Shown here piece by piece: positions 32,677 through 45,257 of a stretch of DNA of 64,000 bases. The DNA comes from Sarea resinae (taxonomy: Eukaryota), in contig JAPEUD010000062.1 of NCBI GenBank assembly GCA_026026165.1, positions 62,001 through 126,000 on the forward strand, written 5' to 3'. Made by a program: the position numbers and the translations under genes. The notes under the pieces are model-generated. The model had not been told where the DNA came from and made no database searches. It was given only the letters and a program-made list of their open reading frames with translations. Each line of letters begins with the position of its first letter. Within the stretch, counting starts at the first letter, position 1.

Positions 32677-35600
32677 ATGAGCTCGATGAACAATCATGGC
32701 GCTTACAACGTCGCCCAGGATGCGAACATTCCCCCCAATATGGTCGACCCCTCCATGGCTTTCATGCACAATCCGAACGCCTTCGACCTCAATCAATTTC
32801 AGAATCAGCAACTGCCGCCGCGCATGCACAACGGCAGCGCGCGCAATCCGACACCTGCTTTTCACACCCCCGTATATAACGTAAACCCGGTCGTGCCATC
32901 CAAGAGACCCCGTGAGGGTAGCCTGGGAGCATCGCCGCGTCAGACGCCCGGGGGTCTAGCGGTGTCGCGCTCACAGACTCCGCAGCAAATCCCGTTTCCC
33001 GGGTTCCAAGCTGGCCACCATCCCGGCCAGCCGCAATTCCAAGCACCGGCACCATATCAACACCTGCAGCATGGCAGTCCTGCTATCGCGTCACCATCAC
33101 CCGTCATGCAAAACCAGCAGTTCAGACCGCAAGGTGTGCCGCAGAGAGTCCAGACTGCTTCACCGAATGCCTTTTCTCCCGCAGGGCAAAACTTCGGGCC
33201 CCAAATCTCGCCCGCACAGTCTGACCATGGCAGCCGAGTGAACACACCGCAAAACAATAACCCATCGTTCGGGCAGGGCGTACCGTATGGCCCGGGCTAT
33301 AATCAACACTTTACCCCCCCACCGGGCATCACATCTGCGGGTCCTCAAGGCCCCATGGCCCCGCAGCATGCTCCCTCACCACAGAGCCTACAGCAGCAAC
33401 AGCAGCAACAGCAGATGCAACAGCAGCAGGCCACCCAACGAATGTACCAGATGCGCTTGCAGCAACATCAACAACAACTCCAAGCGAGCAACATGGCCGC
33501 GCGCTCCCAGCAGCAGGGCAATTTCCCCCCTATGACTAATCCGGGTGCCCCAGCGCAGAACATCCAAGCCCCGGGCGGAATTCGTCCATTGCAGCCGGTG
33601 ATGCGACAGAACAACCCAGATCAGTTCATGAAGACCTTGGCACAATTCATGCACTCTCGGGGTCTTCCTCTGAATCCCAATCCCATGGTTGGAGATCGTC
33701 CAGTCAGTCTGATGCAATTGTATGCTATCGTACTGAAATACGGAGGATATAAGAAAGTCACTGCTGTCGGGGCTTGGCCTGCGGTAGCTGCCACTGTTGT
33801 CCCTCAAATGCAGTATCCATCTGCGGCGCAAGAACTGAGAGAGATGTACGAGAAGAATCTGGCCATGTATGAAGGCGCTTTTTGGATGCAGCGGCAAAAG
33901 GTCATGGAAATGCAAAATTTACAGCAGGCGCAAGCCGGAGGAATGAATGCGCCGCCCCCACAGATGTCACCGCCGAAACAAATGCCTTCCCAAATTCCAG
34001 ATCAGCAGCAACACCAACGCCAACAACAACAACAACAACAACAACAGCATCAACAGCAGCAGCAACAACAGCAAGCACAACAACAGCAGCAGCAGCAGCA
34101 ACAACAACAGTTCGTACAACCGCAGCAGCGTCCGCAATCACGTCAGCAGACACCAGTGAAGCAAACCACGCCGGCGGCACATAGCGTTCGTCCAATACCA
34201 ATGAATGGATACTCGACCCCACAACAAGCTCCACCACAAGACCGGCAGCAAAACGCGTTTGGACAACACCGGCCAAGTATAGGCCGTCGACCGGATGCAA
34301 CGCCCCCTCAAACTTCTCCGCAATACTTTCCTACGCCTTCTCCTGGCTCCAGTAACAAGCAAGCCGGCCTCACTGATCTGGAATCCCCACAAGGGCAGCA
34401 AATCAGCCAGGTCGCGTCGACACCTCCAGCTCCACCAAGGCTGCAATTGCAATCCAATTTCGAACCCAACGTCCGAGTGCTCGATACTCATGGAGGCATC
34501 GAGGTTCCGATTGCCAATGCCCTTGGTGCTGAACTTGTGCACCACAAACCCATCGCCCCGACGTTCATCGAGTTGGGCGTTGTTGATATCCACGCATTGA
34601 CGATGAGCCTTCGATCGTGTATTCACGCTGAGGTACGGCTCGCTCTCGACACGTTAGCCACCATCACTGTCGAGCCACGTCTTGAGCTGTTGCTTGAGAG
34701 ATGTGGAGACCTTGTCGATACTCTAGTGGAATGCGCTGAAGCTCAAGTTGACGTGCTTGTTGAGCACGCGGAAGAAACGTCCGATGATATACTAGTCAGC
34801 TCCTATGAGGATGTTGTTCGTGGTTGTCGTGCGGAGGTCGAATCACTTCAGGATGTCCCCGAGTTTGGCACCTTGGATTACGAGCTTGACCGGTCAGTGG
34901 AACGGTTGATCTGTATTACAACGATACTTCGAAATCTCTCGTTCTACGAGTCAAATCATGCTCTATTGGCGGATGCTGCCGTGATCAAATTTCTCTCGAA
35001 TGCGATACGGCACCTAGGGACGAGACATATGCTTCTGAGGACGTACCAGAACACTCTTGATTTCATGAAGGACATTATACTGTTCTTCTCGAACCTTGCA
35101 CAGTCGATCGAATTGCCCGGAAAGGAGGAGGCACTGACTTTACTGCATTTCCTTCTCGCATTTGCACCGTGTCCACCTCCCACGAATTCGGACTCAGAAG
35201 ACGTCACATTTAGTCCTTACCAGCCGCTGATTCATCGCTACCTACCTCCGGCAGTTGATAGCCTTGCTAAGCTACTTGCCAGAGACGATCCGAATCGCAC
35301 GTACTTCAAAGCGATCTTTGCAGCAGACAGTACATCATCGCCATCGTTTGAGCTTCTGTCTCGCACCTTTGCTTTGGCTATTGCCCCCGTGCCGGAGCAC
35401 TCCCGAGGCAATCCAATCCCCTTAGTTGAAGCTCGCAAACCCTATCTTGTTCAGGGCATGCTTGCGGCCGAGATTCTTACAGGTCTAGTCCCTGGCCCAG
35501 AGCACGGATTAGCAAGGTCCTGGCTCTCGTCTCAAGACGGATTTGCCCTCAGCCTTCTTCGCTTGGTATGCCTGCTGAGCACGGATCGAAATCCTCCAGT

Positions 35601-35847
35601 GACTCCAAGACATCCGTCGACTGGGCGCATGGATCAAGAGCATCAGGCTTATCAAACCATCACTCATCGCGGGATGGCTGTTCTTCGCCGCTTGGCAGAG
35701 AAGGCTCAGAACGCCGACGAGTCTTCTGCTACACTTCCCGTCGGGGTCTTGCCGAAAAAGGAGAGTTTACTTGGGGCATTGTTGACTCGTAACATCGATA
35801 TTAGCATAGTACGGCAACTCTGCGCTTATGCGGGCCTAGATGGCTGA
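32677..35847 (+). CDS. SWI1: SWI/SNF ARID-domain subunit Swi1/Sol1 with poly-Q tracts
   Basis: Q/P-rich N-terminus, ARID domain (FMKTLAQFMHSRGLPL...VSLMQLYAIVLKYGGYKKVT...WPAVA...LREMYEKNLAMYE), and a C-terminal armadillo-like region starting VDIHALTMSLRSCIHAEVRLALDTL, with ILRNLSF. Start placed at ATG 32677, after the acceptor at 32650. Confidence 0.85.
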   Translation: MSSMNNHGAYNVAQDANIPPNMVDPSMAFMHNPNAFDLNQFQNQQLPPRMHNGSARNPTPAFHTPVYNVNPVVPSKRPREGSLGASPRQTPGGLAVSRSQTPQQIPFPGFQAGHHPGQPQFQAPAPYQHLQHGSPAIASPSPVMQNQQFRPQGVPQRVQTASPNAFSPAGQNFGPQISPAQSDHGSRVNTPQNNNPSFGQGVPYGPGYNQHFTPPPGITSAGPQGPMAPQHAPSPQSLQQQQQQQQMQQQQATQRMYQMRLQQHQQQLQASNMAARSQQQGNFPPMTNPGAPAQNIQAPGGIRPLQPVMRQNNPDQFMKTLAQFMHSRGLPLNPNPMVGDRPVSLMQLYAIVLKYGGYKKVTAVGAWPAVAATVVPQMQYPSAAQELREMYEKNLAMYEGAFWMQRQKVMEMQNLQQAQAGGMNAPPPQMSPPKQMPSQIPDQQQHQRQQQQQQQQQHQQQQQQQQAQQQQQQQQQQQFVQPQQRPQSRQQTPVKQTTPAAHSVRPIPMNGYSTPQQAPPQDRQQNAFGQHRPSIGRRPDATPPQTSPQYFPTPSPGSSNKQAGLTDLESPQGQQISQVASTPPAPPRLQLQSNFEPNVRVLDTHGGIEVPIANALGAELVHHKPIAPTFIELGVVDIHALTMSLRSCIHAEVRLALDTLATITVEPRLELLLERCGDLVDTLVECAEAQVDVLVEHAEETSDDILVSSYEDVVRGCRAEVESLQDVPEFGTLDYELDRSVERLICITTILRNLSFYESNHALLADAAVIKFLSNAIRHLGTRHMLLRTYQNTLDFMKDIILFFSNLAQSIELPGKEEALTLLHFLLAFAPCPPPTNSDSEDVTFSPYQPLIHRYLPPAVDSLAKLLARDDPNRTYFKAIFAADSTSSPSFELLSRTFALAIAPVPEHSRGNPIPLVEARKPYLVQGMLAAEILTGLVPGPEHGLARSWLSSQDGFALSLLRLVCLLSTDRNPPVTPRHPSTGRMDQEHQAYQTITHRGMAVLRRLAEKAQNADESSATLPVGVLPKKESLLGALLTRNIDISIVRQLCAYAGLDG

Positions 35848-36065
35848 GCTTGGTGTTTGACGGAGTTTGGCAAGGGGGGTGGGGGGGTTTCAGATCGGTG
35901 ACGAGTTCTACATGTCTTTGTTCATTTTCAATGTGTTTCGGAGATTCTCAAGCGTGTCGCTAGCTGTACACTTGCTCTTCTGACAAGAAGAGTGTCATCA
36001 TAACTTTCGAGGAAGAGGTCCATTGACATGGATACCTATTGTACATTATGTTGTTTGGTAGAAGA

Positions 36066-36066
<1 letters not shown>

Positions 36067-36097
<31 letters not shown>
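36067..36097. repeat. (TA)n microsatellite
   Basis: About 14 TA units between the convergent SWI1 and IMG2 3' ends. Confidence 0.9.
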
Positions 36098-36099
<2 letters not shown>

Positions 36100-36177
36100 T
36101 TGCATACTCCACAAATGAGCTCTGGCTCAACGCGCTTAGAAGAGGTTGCGAACGGATTCGTCAAGGAGACTTTGGGA

Positions 36178-36754
36178 CTAGAAGTGCTTTTGCTCGAGGA
36201 ACTTGGTGACCTCTGGCTTCCGCCATCCCTATCAAAACGTCAATTAGAACACAATCAATGCGCGATCAAAGAGTTGCTGCTGACTTTGATAATGATGTGT
36301 CTCGTCAATTGGTTGATCGCGATATCCTTGTCCTCGACCGCCAGAGCTTTCTGCAGCTCGTTCCGCAGCACTTTGATATCGCCATCGATCTTCCGTAGCT
36401 TGGTTTGATGGAGATTGCCGCCGCGCTTTGCCATGTGGTAGATCGGTAGTTGCTTCGAGGGGGTGCGGTGGACAAAGTAAGGTTGGCTTGTTGATGATAC
36501 AGGGCTGGGCTGTGGCGGAGACTGTGGTGAGGAGACGGTTGCTTGGACTTTTACTGGATCGAGGATGATGATCGTCAGTATGAGAGTCCCTAGGTAGAGA
36601 CAAAGTCTTGATGAGGGTAGAGGGTCGAGTCTGCATGCGTACCTGAATTGCATAAATGCGCAGAGGTCGATATTCTCATGAACTGGAAGAGAGTTGAGGC
36701 CCGGGGAGGACCGAGGGGTCGTAGGAAAGGCATCGAGACTTGGGAGAGGGCCAT
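36178..36754 (-). CDS. IMG2: Mitochondrial large ribosomal subunit protein mL49 (Img2), 3 exons
   Basis: Presequence MALSQVSMPFLRPL, then PYFVHRTPSKQLPIY...GGNLHQTKLRKIDGDI...INQLTRHIIIK|GWRKPEVTKFLEQKHF-TAG. Confidence 0.87.
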
Positions 36755-37145
36755 GGCAGTTGCGTGCACTTGGATCAAGAGTGAACTGAGGCCGCTGTAG
36801 CGGTGTCGAGTAAACCAGCAGCGGCGGCAGCGGCGATAATAGCGTTGAGTGAGCGAACTCACGTAGATTGATGGTGATGCTGTCAGTAGTAGGTAGTAGC
36901 TGAAGTAGTAGTGGTGATGAGGGTCTGAATTGAGGATTCGCGGCTGCGGCTATGATTTCGTCGCCAATTCGCTAGCGCGAAGCCCTTGAAAAGTCGCCCA
37001 CAATCACCATCGGGACTTTTGGGTACGTCGTGAAATCTGCGAGTAGACAAGGGCAACTGATAACTTCATCTGGTCTCGACCTCCCCGCCCCACCTTCACC
37101 TCTCTCTCTGCTCAACAAACGGCTCACCATTCGAGGGTTGCAATC

Positions 37146-38688
37146 ATGGCCGACAATACTCCCACCTCCGCCGATGCGCTGCTCAACGGTGCCAGCGCAC
37201 AGGCCCAGAAGTCGCCCGAAGAAATCGCGAAGGAGAATGATCTCATGCCCAAGTTGATTCCCCACCTCGACAGGCATCTTATCTTCCCTCTCCTCGAGTT
37301 TGCGGCTGGCCAGGAATTGGATTCCGCCGAGGAGATTACCAAGGCGAAATATGAGCTGTTGAAGGCGACGAACATGACCGACTACGTGGCCAACCTATGG
37401 CAGGAGATCAACGACGCCGATGAAATCCCCGAAGAGTTCGTCAAGAAGAGGGAGGAGGTCTTGCAGACTCTTCAGAAATACGACGACGACAGCAGCAAGC
37501 TCACAGGTCTGCTGGAGGACGAGGAGGTCGTTGGTGCCTTGAGAAGCGACAAGATTGCCAACTTGAACTACCTCAAGGAGCAGCATGGCGTTACCATTGA
37601 GATGGTCAACGTCCTGTATGATTTTGGAAGATTCCAATATAGCTGCGGCAACTACCAGGCTGCGGCTGAGCTGCTCTATCAGTTCCGAGTTCTGGTAAGT
37701 ATCCTGGTTCTTACGGAGCAGAGGGCGCAATATCTCTAACGTGGTGTCTTTGTAGTCCACCGACAACGACAAGGTTGCCTCCGCTACCTGGGGAAAGCTG
37801 GCATCCGAGATTCTCACGACAAACTGGGAGTCTGCTATGAGTGAGATCCAAAAGGTCAAGGAGCTCATCGACACCAAACTCTTCAGCAACCCTCTCGGTC
37901 AACTTCAACACCGCACTTGGCTCATCCACTGGTCTCTTTTCCCCTTCTTCAATTATGAACCCGCTCGCGACACTCTTTGCGAGCTCTTCTTCTCGGCGCC
38001 GTACATCAACACCATCCAGACCAGCTGCCCATGGATTCTACGATACTTGGCCGCCGCCGTCATCACAAATCGCGGCCGAACCCGGAACACTGGACAATAT
38101 CAGAAGCAACTCAAGGATTTGATTCGCGTAGTCAGACAAGAGGACTATGAATACAGCGACCCGGTCACCGAATTCATCAAGGCTCTCTACATCGACTTCG
38201 ACTTTGAAGAGGCCCAAAAGAAGCTAGGAGAGGCCGAGGAGATCCTTCGCAGCGACTTCTTCTCAATCGCGGCATCTGATGCGTTTGTCGATTCTGCGCG
38301 ACACTTGATCTCGGAGTCATACTGCAAGATTCACCAGCGGATAGATATTAAGTGAGCATGCTTCCTCGCAGCCGAAGCGCCCTTGGCTAGGATCGCTAAC
38401 GTAGTGTTAGGGACCTTTCGAATCGATTAGGCCTCAGTGAGGACGAAGGTGAGAAGTGGATCGTCAATCTGATCCGGGATACGAGAGTGGATGCGAAGAT
38501 CGACTACAAGGAGGGCACGGTCCTGATGAACCACCCGCCGCAATCGGTCTATCAACAAGTCATTGAGCGGACAAAAGGTGGATTTTTCCGAACTCAAGTC
38601 CTGAGGTAAGCAGACTCCCCGTCTCTCTAGCTCCTGGGATGAATGGCTGATGGGACGGAACCGCTTTAGTGCTGCTGTGGGGAAATAA
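37146..38688 (+). CDS. INT6: Translation initiation factor eIF3 subunit e (Int6), PCI domain
   Basis: [112 protein letters not shown]. Last micro-exon ends TAA 38686-38688. Confidence 0.95.
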
Positions 38689-39999
38689 TGGGGAAACATG
38701 TTTTCTTTCATACTGGCGTACTGGTTTCAAACGATGTCGAGCATGAGACGGAATGAATGCAAAAGGAAATGTCTGATTCTAGCTAGCATCGTAGATGAGA
38801 AAAGCACAGAAGAGGTTTCCTGGGACTTGCAGACATTGTCTGTTCTGTTCTGATCTGATCATGAATTAGATGAGAGGCTCGCTCTCTCTCCGCCGACCTG
38901 GAAGGCAAGGTGATGATATGAGTGTGTTCGGGTTGGCTATTGCCTGCTGCCTATGTACTGCCCGCTGCCTACACCGGGCCATGCACTACACTCCATGCTG
39001 CATGCGCGAGTCATCAATGGCCGTACGAGGGACTCTCGCCATGTCGCCCGTAGCCGCGTGTCGCTTCATCAGTCGCGCAGGGGCGGCATGGGTGCAGAGA
39101 CGGCAAGGGGCCGAGTCGGGCGGGATCTTTGGGGAATATGGAAGATTCATGGATTGATGATGCATTCTCATCGGGAAGTGCAGCCACTCCAGCCACTCCA
39201 GCTACTCCAGCTACTCCAGCTACGCAGTACTCCACACCTGCTATAGGTGCCCAGGTCTCATGCAATGATACGCAATGATATTACAACATAGACTGTCGTG
39301 CCATCTTCGTCCAAGCCTCTCTCTCTCTCTTGCCCTCTCCTGAGTGGTACTTCGTCCTCGACAGATATCCGAATCGTCTTAGGGTTATGAAGCGAATGAG
39401 GAGCGTCGGGACTCGTCTGAGGCGATAAGTCAACGATACGGCAAGATAGCTGTACTCATGTGTGGGGACTATCACGATCAATACAGAGTCCGAGGTCACC
39501 GCCAGGTACTTGGGGCCGTCTTTCCAGCCCTGATCGGGGCCTGCCGGAACCTGCCAGATACTCGGTCGCTTCGTACTCTCGACCCCAGGGAGCGACACGA
39601 TAGAGCATGATGGCGACCTCTTCCGTGCCTGTGTCTGTGTTGGTGCTTGTGCTCGACGACCGTCACCTACGCAGTATGACATTTTCCTGACCCCCAACCT
39701 ACAGCGTGCTACTAACCCACATCCACATCCACATCCATATCCTATTCACGCTTCCTCTCTCTTTCTCTTCTTCTCACCTCCCCAGTCCTCTCGTCGACAC
39801 AGACCATGCGGCAGCCGAGTCATTGCTACTTTTCAAGGCTATGATGTATCAGTTGCAGCCTTATCGCACCTGATCCTAGCCTTCGTCACAAGCCAAGGTA
39901 GCCTCCAGGCTCTCCAACATCCCATAGCGCCTCAAATCTTTGCTCGAATCCGAGCCTCACCTTTGCCACACCTCGTCACCACCGATCGCAATCCTCGAC

Positions 40000-42900
40000 A
40001 TGTCTGGACAGGAGAATCTCAAGAAGGTCGTCGCCCAGAAGATGACGAGGAGACGGGCTGGATCTCTCAGGGATTCGGATATCCCGGAGAGATTCAAGGA
40101 CGGCAACGATGCGCAGGACGATGTCACGGCGCCCAAGGGCAAGATGGCGCCCTACATGAACCAGTCGCTGTTCTCGATGATTGCTGCAGCTGGCTCGAGA
40201 GCCGACTTCCATTCTCGCTTTGACGACGACGACTCGAGCGAGAGCGACGACGAACCCGAGGTCGATGGAGCAGCAGCGGAGAAGATGGCGGAGGACCCGA
40301 AAGTGCAGCGTTCTCTTTCCTCGAGAAAAGGGAAACACCGCCGCCTCCTATCGGATCGCAAGATCTTGAAGTCGATTCCTTTACTCGGCCGCAAGAGCGA
40401 GAAAGGAATTCCAGAGGCCGGCGAAAGCAGTCGGCCGACGACCTCGGAAGATAATATATCCCCGAGCGAGGTCGACGAAGCTACGTCAGCACGAATCGCC
40501 CCAGTGATGAGCCGGAAGCTCGAGGCAGAAGCCCAACTGCATTCCGGTCATCTGGGGCCTGAGCTTCACAAGCACAAAGATGACGTTATAGTCGGCACGT
40601 TGAAGGGCAGTGCGTCTACTCCCTTGGACGTACGTTTGATGGAAATATTCGAACTCGAGGCGCCGGAGACGGTCATTTCAGGTACGTTTGGAAATTCCCA
40701 TACTGCGGCACGGGCTGACCGGTGTAGAATATCCATGCTGGTTGCTGCAAAGCGTCCTTCTCCAGGGCTACATGTACATTACGCAGAAGCACATATGCTT
40801 TTACGCCTACCTGCCGAAGAAATCTGTAAGCCAAAACATCTGCCTAGCTGACGCTTCCTATTCCTAACATGCTCAGAACGTTGTGGTCAAATCGGGCTAT
40901 CTATCGAAACGTGGACGCCAAAACCCCAAGTATCATCGGTATTGGTTTACCTTGAAGGGAGACGTTCTATCATACTATACCAATCCTTCAGATCTATACT
41001 TCCCTAGTGGTCACGTCGATCTACGGTATGGAATTTCCGCCGAGCTCCGGGACAAGAATAAAGATACGACGGGCTTCACCGTCACCACCGACCAACGCAC
41101 CTATCACTTTAGAGCTGATAGCCCCGTGAGCGCCAAGGAATGGGTGAAGAACTTACAGAAAGTCATCTTCCGAACACATAACGAGGGGGACAGTGTAAAG
41201 ATCGCGCTCCCGACCGCAAATGTTATAGACATAGAGGACAGTCCGGTCATCGATTTCGCGGAAACTCTCAAGATTCGAGTAATCGAGAGCGATGAGACAT
41301 ACGCCATAGATGAGGTATGGTACATCTCCTTCCATTCTTGACATTCAGATTCTGACCGTAAACAGTACTTCTTCTCTTTCTTCAGCTTCGGTAAGGATGC
41401 GTTGAATGTCCTCCGTATCATGGTCGACGATACACCAGCACAAAAGCTCCAAGCGGATCTCCTATCTCGTTCGCCTGATCGTGAGAACCCGAGGAGTCCG
41501 AAAAGCCCGAGGAGTCTGCGAGAAGCGTCTCCTCGAACTAGAGATTTCAAAACACCCCCCCGAAGTCCTTTCGAAGCTCCCTCGACACCTCTTCTGAGCA
41601 GCGTTCGTGCAACGTTGGCGCCCCAGCGTCCAACAAGCAGCGGCATGTCAAGCCCCAGAGCTAGTGGGGATTTTGGGCATCCTAGCTTTGACACCACTCG
41701 TCGAAGTACGGAGCATGGGCGAAGTCGCGGTCGTGGTCGAAGCTTTAGCAATCCTGTTCGAAGGAGCGCCAGCACGGGTAGACACAGTCTTAGTCGAGAG
41801 GGCAAACCTGCAGAAAAGCCTGAAACGAAGCCTCATGGCTCCGTCGATTCATACGTTCACCCATCAGAACAAGGCACGGACTCCTCCATGGTTGCAGAGA
41901 CGAGCGATGGTACACTAGGATCAGCCAGCCAGATCCTCAATCGAAGTGATGTTTTCCACTCGCCCACCATAACCACCCATCAGCACTCTTCGCAAAACAA
42001 GAACGAAACCTCAAGATCCTCTCATGATTCCGATAGGTCACTCAAAGGTGCTGAGATACGGATACAGCCTCCCTCCCGTGCACCGACCCAACAAGAGCTC
42101 AAGCCTTCGAAGATCCAGAAACGGGACGCCAGCGACGAATCGGACGATGACGATGCGAGCGATGCCCAGACGAGCAGATTGAAGGCCGCAGGTTCTGGAG
42201 CGACGATTCAGGATATCGTCCGAGCTGGGTCGTATCCCTTACAGCGGGCAGCTGGTCTTGCCGGATATTTCAAAGACCACTCGAAACGAATGAGCAATCT
42301 TTTGGCGACGGAGTCCATGGGCTATATTGAGAAAGTGTCCGGAATGTGGGCTGGTGGCCGAAAACATTATGGAGAGGCCGAGGGGATGATCCCCGATGAT
42401 CAGCTTGAAGACTTGGACGATGAGGCGGAAGACGGTGCTGGAGCTGGCGATCGGTTCCGAGCATATTTCGCGCTGCCCCCGTCTGAAAAGCTGCAGGCTA
42501 CGTACTTCGGATATCTACATCGAGTGTTACCTCTTTATGGCAAGGTTTACATCAGCAATCGCAAGTTTTGTTTTCGAAGCCTCTTACCTGGCACTCGAAC
42601 AAAGGTGGAGGCAATGGATCACTTGGTATGAATGTTTTGCTAACATCTCCTAGCTCATCTTACCACTGAAGGATATTGAGAACGTCGACAAAGAGAAGGG
42701 ATTTCGATTTGGCTACTCTGGCCTTGTAATCGTCATCCGTGGTCATGAGGAGTTGTTCTTCGAATTCAGCCAGAGTGATACGCGTGATGATTGTGCCATT
42801 ACGTTACTGCAGAACCTTGAGTCGGTGCGGTACCTGCAAGAATCCGGTCTTCTGAGTCGAGAGGAGAAGGATGATGCAGACACTGCGAAAGCTGAGCATC

Positions 42901-44714
42901 AGATGTTGCAAGAGGCAAGGCAAGATGGCGACAACGCTCACGACATCAAATTGCCCGAGACTGCCACCGAATCCGGTACGCTTCACTGCCACTTTTTTCT
43001 GGTATAGTATCTGCTAACCTATCTTTAGGGACCTCCTCTGATGTACCGCCCATTCTCTTTGACGATCCGCGAGCCTCTATCATCAACTTCAAGCCCACAG
43101 AATCATTACGATTCACCTGCCTCACAATCGGTTCCCGAGGAGATGTTCAACCGTATATAGCTCTATGTAAAGGGCTAATCGCCGAAGGCCATCAAGCAAA
43201 GATAGCAACACATGCCGAATTTGGGTCTTGGGTCAAGTCACACGGCATTGAATTCGCGCCAGTCGATGGAGACCCAGCAGAACTCATGAGGATATGTGTG
43301 GAGAATGGCATGTTCACATATTCTTTCCTCAGGGAAGCCTCACTGAAGGTAAGAACTACTCCTCGTCATTGAGTTTTCGATAGCTAACATGTCGACTTAA
43401 CAGTTTCGCGGCTGGATCGACCAATTACTCCACTCATCCTGGAAAGCTTGCCAGGGATCGGATGTTCTGATAGAAAGCCCCAGTGCCATGGCAGGAATTC
43501 ATATCGCGGAAGCGCTAGGGATACCATACTTCCGTGCATTTACGATGCCCTGGACGCGAACACGAGCATATCCGCACGCTTTTGCTGTTCCGGAGCACAA
43601 GATGGGTGGTGCCTACAATTATATCACCTATGTAATGTTCGACAACGTCTTCTGGAAAGCGATTGCGGGCCAAGTCAACAGGTGGAGAAAGAAAGAACTC
43701 GGGCTACAGAGCACCAATCTGGATAAGATGCAGCCGAACAAGGTTCCATTCCTGTACAACTTCAGTCCACATGTCGTCGTGCCGCCGCTTGACTACAGCG
43801 ACTGGATTCGCGTGACGGGATATTGGTTTCTGGACGAAGCAACAGGCTGGGAACCGCCGAAAGAGCTCACAGACTTCATCCAGAAGGCTCGCGACGATAA
43901 CAAGAAGATCGTCTACATTGGCTTCGGCTCCATCGTCGTGTCAGATCCAGCTGCATTGACGAAGACGGTCATCGACTCGGTCATGAAAGCAGATGTCCGC
44001 TGCATCCTCTCGAAGGGCTGGTCGGACCGTCTTGGCAATAAGGAAGCCACCGCCCCGGAATTGCCGCTTCCGAAAGAGATCCTGCAGATCAAGTCTGCGC
44101 CACACGACTGGCTCTTCAGGCAAATCGATGCCGCCGCTCACCACGGTGGCGCAGGAACCACGGGCGCCAGTCTTCGCGCCGGCTTACCCACGATCATCAA
44201 GCCTTTCTTTGGCGACCAGTACTTCTTCGGCTCAAGGGTCGAGGACCTGGGCGTGGGCATTTGCATGAAGAGGTTAAATGTCAGCGTCTTCTCACGCGCG
44301 TTGTGGGAGTCGACGCATTCGGAGCGGATGATCGTTAAGGCGAATGTGCTGGGCGAGCAAATCCGGAATGTACGTTTTATCTTTTGTGAGAAGTTGAGCG
44401 CATGCGCTAATTGATCTCTATAGGAAAATGGCGTCGACACGGCCATCCAGGCCATGTACAGGGATATGGAATACGCGCGAACGCTGATCAAGAAGCGGAT
44501 CGGAGGTGGTGGTAAAGCCAACGCTAGAGATGACGGCGCCGCCACCAACACCGTGGATCCGACGTTTGATGACTCCGAGGAGAGCTGGACGTTTGTCGGC
44601 GAGAGCAGTGACCCTGATCTGTCGATTTCGAAGAGGATCGAGAGAGCCGAGAGCGGTTTAGGTCGAGGTGGTGGGGGTGCAAGGGATGTGGAGAGGAAGG
44701 TTGTCGAGGCCTGA
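40000..44714 (+). CDS. ATG26: Sterol 3-beta-glucosyltransferase (Atg26/Ugt51; GRAM-PH-GRAM-GT1)
   Basis: [19 protein letters not shown] ([19 protein letters not shown]), PH (KSGYLSKRG...[13 protein letters not shown]), second GRAM ([13 protein letters not shown]...[10 protein letters not shown]), GT domain [62 protein letters not shown]. Start codon is approximate. Confidence 0.94.
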
Positions 44715-44719
44715 GCTTT

Positions 44720-45223
44720 TATTGTTTCATTTCTCTGCTCTGCCCTGCTATTAATCTTTCAATACCACTTATACGTGCGTTGTCTGTTGTTGGATTGGGA
44801 GTCGGCGTCGGCGTCGGCGTCAGCAGAAGGTAGGGGGGGGGAGGGGAGAGACGTTTTGATCGAGGAAGACGATGAGCAAACGAACGGAGTTGATGAACGT
44901 TGGCGTTTGTTGAATCGAACCGAATAGAGGCGAATTGAAGCCACTTGAATCGAGACTTCTTTTGATGGTTTCAGAGTCTTTTGCCGATTTGCTTGGTTTG
45001 CGGTGTATTTAATTTGTGTTGATGTTGACATTGAGGTGCTGGGATAGGGATAGGGATAGGCATAGGCATAGGGCAATCTGGAGTCGAGTCGAATCGAATC
45101 AAATCAAATCAAATCGAACTGAATTGAATTGAACCGAACCGAAACGAACTGATAATGACGAGGTTGATTTATGATTACGCTATTGGCCATGTGAAGGAGT
45201 AGTGGTAGTGGTAGTGATGGTAG

Positions 45224-45257
<34 letters not shown>

